Positions 53,521 to 64,000 of a stretch of DNA of 64,000 nt are shown piece by piece. Numbering within the stretch: position 1 is the first letter of the stretch; each line of letters opens with the position of its first letter. The notes under the pieces are model-generated. The model ran no database searches, was not told where the DNA came from, and worked only from the letters and a program-made list of their open reading frames with translations. Origin of the DNA: the human T2T-CHM13v2.0 reference genome, Homo sapiens; assembly GCF_009914755.1 (NCBI RefSeq), contig NC_060940.1, one strand, 5' to 3'. Made by a program: the position numbers and the translations under genes.

Positions 53521-54327
53521 CAAGTAACTGTGAAATAAAGGAATACCCTAGTGCAATGTTTGCCCTAGTCTGACTCTGAAGGTAGCAAAAAAGAGGCCAG
53601 ACCCAGGTCTTCCAGCTCGAGTTACCCCTCCCCCAGGTCCCATGGCCTTAGGCTCCTGGATGGGCAGGTGCAGAAAGGCTCGGGTTTCCTGCAGCAGGAA
53701 GATGAGTGACAGAGCTGGTGATTCCTGGAAAAGCAACAGGCAGGTGGACAGTGAGCAGCAGTGCTGTGCTAGGACTGGGAAGGGACAGGATCTCCCCACT
53801 GTTCTATTCTGGCCATTCGGTTTGGCACATTGCACTGGGGACATGGGGCCCCTTCTCCCACACATCTCTCCTCTCCCACAAGCCTGGGCTAAGAACTGCT
53901 TTGAGCTGCCTGCCTGCAACTCGGAATTTTACTGCCCACTTTGGGAGCCTCTTAGGCCTGGGTTGGAGTCCCAACCGCAACTTCCTAGTTGTGCGATCTT
54001 GGAACAAGTCACTTCACCTCATGGAGCCTCAGTGTTTCCACCCATAAATTGGGACTAACATCTCCTTAGCTTACTAGACTCGTGTGCAGAAACTGAGAAC
54101 ATTCAGGTCAAGGGCTCAGGGCCAGGCAGATTGTTTGTGCTCAGGGAATATGATCCTTTCACCTTACTCCTCACCATGTGCATCAGGTACCAGTGGAGAA
54201 GGTTGGCCCCAGCATCGTGGATGGGTTTGTTCTTCCCACTGATGTCTCCTTTGTATCTAGCTGAAGTGAGTTAAAACAAGCATCCTGGGGAAATCTCAAA
54301 GAGGTGTGGATCTTAAACGGTAACCAG

Positions 54328-54701
54328 AGGACAGGTGCAGTGGCTCATACCTGTAGTCCCAGCACTTCAGGAGGCCAAGGCAGGAGGATCAGCCAGGGCA
54401 ACATAACAAGACCCTCGTTTCTACAAAAGATAAAATAAAAAAATTAGCCAGGTGTGGTGGCGCATACCTGTGGTCCCAGCTACTTGGGAGGCTCAGGATC
54501 CCTCCTGGGATCACTTAAGCCCAGGAGGTCGAAGCTGCAGTGAACTATGATCACACCACTGCACTCTAGCCTGGGTGACAGAGAGAGACTTTATGCGTTA
54601 AAAATATGTAAATATTGAACCTGGGAGGCAGAGGTTGTAGTGAGCCAAGATCGAGATATTACACTCCAGCCTGGGTGACGGAGCAAGACTCTGTCTTAAA
54701 A

Positions 54702-54710
<9 letters not shown>
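54328..54710 (+). mobile_element. Deleted AluJ plus an Alu 3' fragment
   Basis: Alu consensus with gaps. Confidence 0.88.
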
Positions 54711-54754
<44 letters not shown>

Positions 54755-54808
54755 TATATATAAACACACACATATGTATATACACATTATATATATACAC
54801 ATATATAT

Positions 54809-54841
<33 letters not shown>
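54711..54841. repeat. TA/CA compound microsatellite
   Basis: Directly visible. Confidence 0.95.
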
Positions 54842-56379
54842 GTTAATTTTATATGTTTGTGTGTGGAAAGCCATTAGAATCACGCCAGGTACCCCAGAGG
54901 TGCTCACTAATGGCAGGGATATTGTGACCATCATCATTGTCTTCATCGTCACTGTGTACGCACATGCAGGAAACAACATAGAATTTGCAGGTATTTTTAG
55001 CTGCTGGAGCTGCCTCCTCCTCCACCCCCCGTGTCTGTCTCTAAGAGTCACTGTCCAGCTCTGAAGGCAGAGGTGAAGCAGCCGCCCTGTGTGTTGCTTC
55101 CTGGGCATGGAAGTTCCCATGGGCAGCATCCTCTGGGGATGGCACAGAGACTGGCTATCTGGGTTACCTGCAGCCTCTGCAGGCTCATTCCCTGGAACTG
55201 GGCCCCAGCGTTCCAGGCTGAGTGGTTTTGTCAGGGCTGAGATAACATCCTCTGCGTCCTCAGATACCCTGAGAGTTGGGTGGATGCTGGGCATGGGGAG
55301 GGGGGAGGGGAGGAGTGAGAGCTGCCTGTGATCAGCCAACAGGCAGACCTCCATGGGCACGATGAGGAGGGGAGCTGGGTGTTCCCAGAGGGTGGGTTTC
55401 TGCTGTCTTCGCAGGGCCTGTGGCTGACTTCCCCTCTGGCTCAGTTTTCTGGGTCTCACAGAAGACACAGGTCTTAGGAGTCAGCAGGAGCCTCAGAAAG
55501 CGTTCACTCCAAAGCCTTTATTTTCCAATGAGGACATTGATGCCCACAGCGGGTTAGCAACAGCCCTTTGCACAAACAGGGGCAAAGCAGCCCCGTTCTG
55601 CTGACTCCCGGCTCAGTGCTCTCCCCTCTGCCCTCTAACCACACTGCCACGGAGTCAGATATAGCTGGTTCAGGCCCTGGTTCTGCTATTTTCTTGCTGT
55701 GGGTGCTAAGGCTGTAGTCATCATTTGTCTATGGCTCCATTCCATCATCTGTGAAATGGAATCATAATATGAACCTCATGGGACCATTCTGGGGGTGAAA
55801 TAAGACATGCAATATACATGGCTGAATGCAGTAGACAATGCAAGTGTGCAGGGGGTGTTTTAAGTTGACCCTAATTGCTGACTGTGTGCCAAAAACCATT
55901 TCGATGCTCTCATTCATCCTCCCAACTGCCTTTCAAGGCAGGTGCTAGTTCAACCTCACTTTACAGACGAGGAAACAAACGCAGAAACTCATTGAGTAAG
56001 TCACCCAAGGTGGTGGCAGAGCCGATCCAATCAGGCAGCCTGGATCCTGAGTCTGTGCTTTTACCAGTCCCTAGTGGAACCCGGAGCCACTGGGAATTCA
56101 AGCTGATTATCCAAGGTTATGTCATGGTATGCAAGAGGCATTGATCTATCTGTAAAATGTTAAGACTTAGGGAACAGGAATCCTGCAGGTTAGGAACAGG
56201 AGACTCCCTAGAAGTGATTCTCAACTGGGGGCTCTGAAAATGGACTTGGGGGCGTAGGTTGTCATGATGGCCGAGGCCCACTACAGGTATATAATAAAAG
56301 TTGGGGAATGTCTTGCAATGCACAGGACAAAGAATTATACAAATAATTGTCCTGCCCCATGGCCAGTAGCCCCAAATGA

Positions 56380-56705
<326 letters not shown>

Positions 56706-56885
56706 GAATAGGTCAAAGTTTCACAAACTTTGAAAAAACATTTATCATTTTAACAGTTATGTATCTTACTATGTACTAGAAAAATAACTAGCACATCAGA
56801 TCCATGATTAAATGAGTATTCGTATTGTCCTTTTAGCACATAGAAAATGTTACCTATTAGGACCAAGCGTAAGTGGATTGGATAT

Positions 56886-58312
<1,427 letters not shown>

Positions 58313-58442
58313 TAGTTTTTTTTTTAGTAGGTCTGCAAAAATCAGAGAAGGTTATTAGAAAATGACAGATAGCTGGGAAGCTCTAGATCTTGGCTCCCAT
58401 CAGGCCCTTGCATTCTTAGAACAGACATTAAAAAGCATGTTG

Positions 58443-59165
<723 letters not shown>

Positions 59166-59419
59166 ATTTTAAACATAGAAATAAAAACTGTGTGGTGAGT
59201 GTGGTTCAAAATAAGGAAATCCACCATTTAAGAGGGCTAGGCAATGGAGGAACAAAGCTGAAGGTGCTCCTTATTTCTGCCCGCTGTGTGTGGCTATGAG
59301 TGCAGGTCTGTCTTGGCATCATCAGGTTGTCCGCTCCCGCCCTTCTCCCAGAGCTCCTAGGGCTCTGCTAGAGAGAGCTCAGGCCCCAGGCCTTGCTGCT
59401 GTTTCTTGGCATTCAGGCT

Positions 59420-60095
<676 letters not shown>

Positions 60096-60994
60096 CAGGT
60101 ACTGGGAGTAAGGACTTCACCATCTCTTGTGAGGACACAATTCGACCCCTAACAGGCCTGTTCAGCAACTAGGAAGGAAGGCCCCACCACCCCAGGCCTG
60201 CAGCCAGGACTTCTCCTTGAGTGTCCGGGCCCCTATCTCCTCTACGCTTTCTCTGCTGAGCCAACCCTGCCTTTGGTCCCGGGGAGGGTATGTCTATGTC
60301 TTCCTCCACCCCATGGAGACAGAAACATGGTCGGAAAGTACCTGGCCTTGAGCTTTTGGAGATTTCACCTCTGAAGTGGCTTTACTCCATGTTGCGTGCC
60401 TGCAAAACCACGAGTAGTGGAAGTCACCAAAGTTGCTCAGTTACATCCTAAACAAATGTAACCCCTGCACCAATGCAAGGAGACTGCATAAGATTGCGAT
60501 CCTCCCTGAGCCCCTGTGATGATCCCTTTCCTATAAATCAGGGAACAGGAGTGCAGAGGAGTTGTGTAACAACAGAGAGGCACAGCCAGGAGGTGGCAGG
60601 TCACCAGGTCCACAGCTCCTCACCCCAAATCTGCTTTTATTCCAACTGATCTGCAGGCAGCACAGCCCGCTTCCTGCCTTCTTCTATCTCAGAAATTTAG
60701 CTATTTATTGAATAGGCAATTTATCCGGCCTTGGTGCAAAATGCAGAGCTGCTCTCTTGGCTTTTGATAGGAGTAGAGTGGCAGTCATAAAACTCAGACC
60801 AATAAAAATATGAAAACTAATAAGCTTAGATCATGCTTACTAAAATGTGTGCCAGACGCTATTTTAAGCATTTATTATATGTTAATCTTCAATGACTCTA
60901 TGAGGTATGTGTAATGTCACTTCCCCACTTTCCTGATGAGAAAACTGAGGCTCTGTCATGATTTGCACAAGGCCACACAAACTAGTTCTTTCTT

Positions 60995-61392
60995 TTAAAA
61001 AAAAATGATTTCCATATAATTATTTCCATATAATTCCATTTTGGGGGAACAGGCAGTATTTGGTTACATGAGTAACCAAAGTTCTTTAGTGGTGATTTGT
61101 GAGATTTTGGTGCACTCATCACCTGAGCAGTACACACTGAACCCAATTTGTAGTCTTTTATCCCTCACCACCTTCCCACCCTTTCCCTCTGAGTCCCCAA
61201 GGCCCACTGTGTCGTTCTTATGCCTTTGCATCCTCATAACTTAGCTCCCACTTATGAGTGAGAACATGCAATGTTTGGTTTCCCATTCCTGAGTCACTTC
61301 ACTTGGAATAATAGTCTCCAATTCCATGCAGGTTGCTGCAAATGCCATTAATTCATTCCTTTTTATGGCTGAGTAGTATTCCATCATATATA
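60995..61392 (-). mobile_element. L1PB-type 3' end (copy C), inserted in a MIR
   Basis: Antisense L1PB 3'UTR collinear with copy B, ending at gagtagtattccatcatata. Confidence 0.88.
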
Positions 61393-61547
61393 TTATATAT
61401 ATAATATATATTATATAAAATATATATTATATATTATATAAAATACATTATATATAATATATTATATAAAATATATATAATATAGTTTATATAATATATG
61501 TTATACTATATATTATATATATATAAGATTTATATGTATTTTATATA

Positions 61548-61580
<33 letters not shown>
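61385..61580. repeat. TA-rich tract
   Basis: Directly visible. Confidence 0.95.
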
Positions 61581-61584
<4 letters not shown>

Positions 61585-61710
61585 TCCACCTGCCTCTGGG
61601 CAGTTCCATCTGGGTGTCTCCTCAACACTTAAAACCTGCCAAGCTCAAAATAATTATTTATCCTTAAGAATCAGCCCCAGTTAGCCCCAGTTAGACTTAT
61701 ATATATATAT

Positions 61711-61935
61711 TCCACCATATATATGTTGAAATATATATATTCCATCATATATATGTTGAAATATATACATTCCATCATATATATGTTGAAATTATACATT
61801 CCATCATTTATATGTTGAAATATATACATTCCATCATATATATGTTGAAATATATACATTCCATCATATATATGTTGAAATATATACATTCCATCATATA
61901 TATGTTGAAATATATACATTCCATCATATATATAG
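61711..61935. repeat. 30-bp minisatellite, 7 full units and one partial (tccatcatatatatgttgaaatatatacat)
   Basis: Units counted directly; one is 29 bp. Confidence 0.95.
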
Positions 61936-62629
61936 AAATATATATATAACTACCTATGTCTATCATAGTCCAGGATTTCATAAGCCTGGTGTTTTGGAAT
62001 CTGGCCTGGGGTAGGATCTCAGCTCCATCATACACTCTTAAAGTTCATGGTGAGTGTGGAGGAAACAAGAGGCATTACTACCACGACCTGGCCCCCAGGG
62101 CCAGCCCCCACTGAACCCCAAACACGCTCCAGAGCTGAGTAGCAGCTTTCCCCTTTTCATTACTTCTACTGAGCTCCAAGAAGTTAATTAGCTTGTCAAG
62201 TTCACACTGCCAGATCATCTCACTTTTTTTTTTTCTAGAGATTCCAGAAATCTGGTTTTTATGTGAAATGTCTTGACTTTTTAATTACTATTTTTTTTAA
62301 GCAACAAGAAAAACCATTGTTGAGGCCAAAGAAAAGCCATCTGTAGACCAGATGTGGCCGATGGGCCACCGGTTTGCTTTGGAGTTGGGCAGGCTTGGAT
62401 TTGCATCCCAGCTCTGCCACTTACGAGATGCATGACCATGTCACTGTTGGTGATGTCCTCATCCGTAGAAGGGCAATGACAGTCACTTTGTATGATTGCG
62501 TTTAATTGATCGATGGTTCCTGTGAAGGACCTGGCATATTGCTGGCGCTCAATAGATGGTAGATCATGGTTATTGTTATGGCAATGGCATTAAATGAAAT
62601 CAGGACTATGGTAGGCGGAGGTGTCGGAG

Positions 62630-62735
62630 GGAGGATGATTATTTTGAGCTTGACAGGTTTTAAGTGTTGAGGAGACACCCAGATGGAGCTGTCCAGAGGC
62701 AGCTGGACATGTGGGTGGGGGCTGGAGATTTTCAA
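62630..62735 (-). mobile_element. L2 fragment
   Basis: attttgagcttgacagg...gacacccagatggagctgtccagaggcagctggacat resembles antisense L2. Confidence 0.65.
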
Positions 62736-63269
62736 ATGGGGGAAGGGTGTCTTCCATTGAGAGTTCTTTTTACATGGATGTGAGACTTGTTTTACTCTGT
62801 ATAACTTTGTGTTTTGAAAGTTCATGGGCTTCTGATCACTGCCTCCGTATTGGGTGCTCTCATGGCTGTGGTCATTGTTTCCTGGAAAAGAGCACAGTTC
62901 CCTGGACTGGCTGCTTTTCCATCAGGAGGTAAATCTGCAAAGAAAAGGTCTAACTGGGGCTGATTCTTAAGGAGAAACCTTAAGTGCATGAGGCAGAGAA
63001 GGCTGAGGGCAGAGGTTCCTCACTTATCATCATGAACGAGGAACAAGGAGTTCAGCGGATGTCAGCCAGCATTGACTGACATCTCTACCTTCTCTACCTG
63101 TGGGGCTTGCTCTCACTTTTTGGAACTCCAATTAGGAGAAAGGAGCTCTCATTTCTGTTCTGCTTTGTATTAAATATTTTCTCTGTGACATTGGCCAAGT
63201 CATCTCTACCTTTGGACCTACGGTCGTTATTTGTAAAGCAAGTATGTTGGGTATGTTATGGTATCTCCA

Positions 63270-63668
63270 TACCTGGGCTGTTATTACTTTGCTGGAGATA
63301 CCATAACAAAAGACTGGGTGACTTAAACAACAGAAACTTATTTTCTCACAGTTCTGGAGGCTAGAAGTTCAAGACCAAGGTATCAGCAGGGTTGGTTTCT
63401 TCTGAGGCCTCTGTCCTTGGTAGTAGACGGCCATCTTCTCCTTGTGTCCTCACATGGTCTTCCCTCTGTGTGTGTCTGTGTTCTAACTACCTCTTATTAT
63501 AAAAACACCAGTCATTTTGGGTTAGGGGCCACCCTAATAATCTCATCTTACCTTAATGACCTCTTTAAATACCCTGTCACCAAATATACTCACATTCTGA
63601 AGTGCTATGGGTTAGGATTTCATCATATACATTTAGAGGCAGAGGGGACAAGATTCATTCCATAACAG
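63270..63668 (-). mobile_element. MLT1A-like LTR
   Basis: ccataacaaaagactgggtgacttaaacaacagaaacttattttctcacagttctggaggctagaagttcaagaccaagg. Confidence 0.85.
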
Positions 63669-63889
63669 ACCAGATCAGCGTTTCCCAAGGTATGTGCTCC
63701 TGTGGTGGTGGGACTGACTTCATATCAAACACAGAAACAGGTCTTGAGGAATAATCAATCTTTCTGATTACATGAGGAAGAAAGTGTTTGATTTAGTACT
63801 AATGTGTCTTTAATTCCTTTCTGATACCTACCAGAGCACATGGTGAGTGGGCCTCAGACACAGAGCTTTGGCAGGCAACCATATCTGTA

Positions 63890-64000
63890 CAAGTTACCTA
63901 TTGCTGCATAACAGTTACCCTCAAACTTAGTGGCTTCAACCAATACACAGTTATTATACCCCAGTTTATATGGGTCAGGAAGTCAGAAGCAACTTGGCTG
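63890..64000 (-). mobile_element. MLT1 LTR fragment cut by the window edge
   Basis: agttacctattgctgcataacagttaccctcaaacttagtggcttc. Confidence 0.75.

Noticed and set aside
54659-55468. Longest ORF (269 aa, minus strand)
   Set aside because: Non-ATG start, no recognisable domain, and it runs through MIR-like, TA/CA microsatellite and Alu sequence; a chance open frame.
61711-61935. 30-bp repeats superficially CRISPR-like, and ORFs such as MYIFQHIYDG repeats
   Set aside because: Head-to-tail units with no unique spacers in primate DNA; a minisatellite.

Overview
Primate (most likely human) non-coding genomic DNA, intergenic or deep intronic; I cannot name the locus. No protein-coding exon, RNA gene or CpG island is recognisable. 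By hand estimate about a quarter of the window is Alu (about 55 copies or fragments, several nested). The rest includes old L1M segments, three 3'-end L1PB copies, MaLR/MER21 LTRs, a deleted ERV-L remnant, L2/MIR and hAT-type MER fossils, and TA/CA microsatellites. Nearly all supplied ORFs are repeat-derived or chance frames. The most unusual signal is at the 5' junctions of the L1PB insertions. At 61.6 kb a TA tract holds an inverted mosaic copied from two sites 1.0 and 1.3 kb downstream, followed by a 30-bp hairpin minisatellite seeded from the L1 junction. A weaker parallel case lies at 16.3 kb, and the third copy has a twin-priming inversion. Other observations are an ancient tandem duplication split by an L1 (50.7-53.8 kb), perfect recent micro-duplications, several repeat-poor candidate enhancers and possible + strand splice signals. 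Repeat subfamily names come from recalled consensus sequences and need RepeatMasker/Dfam confirmation; boundaries are approximate.
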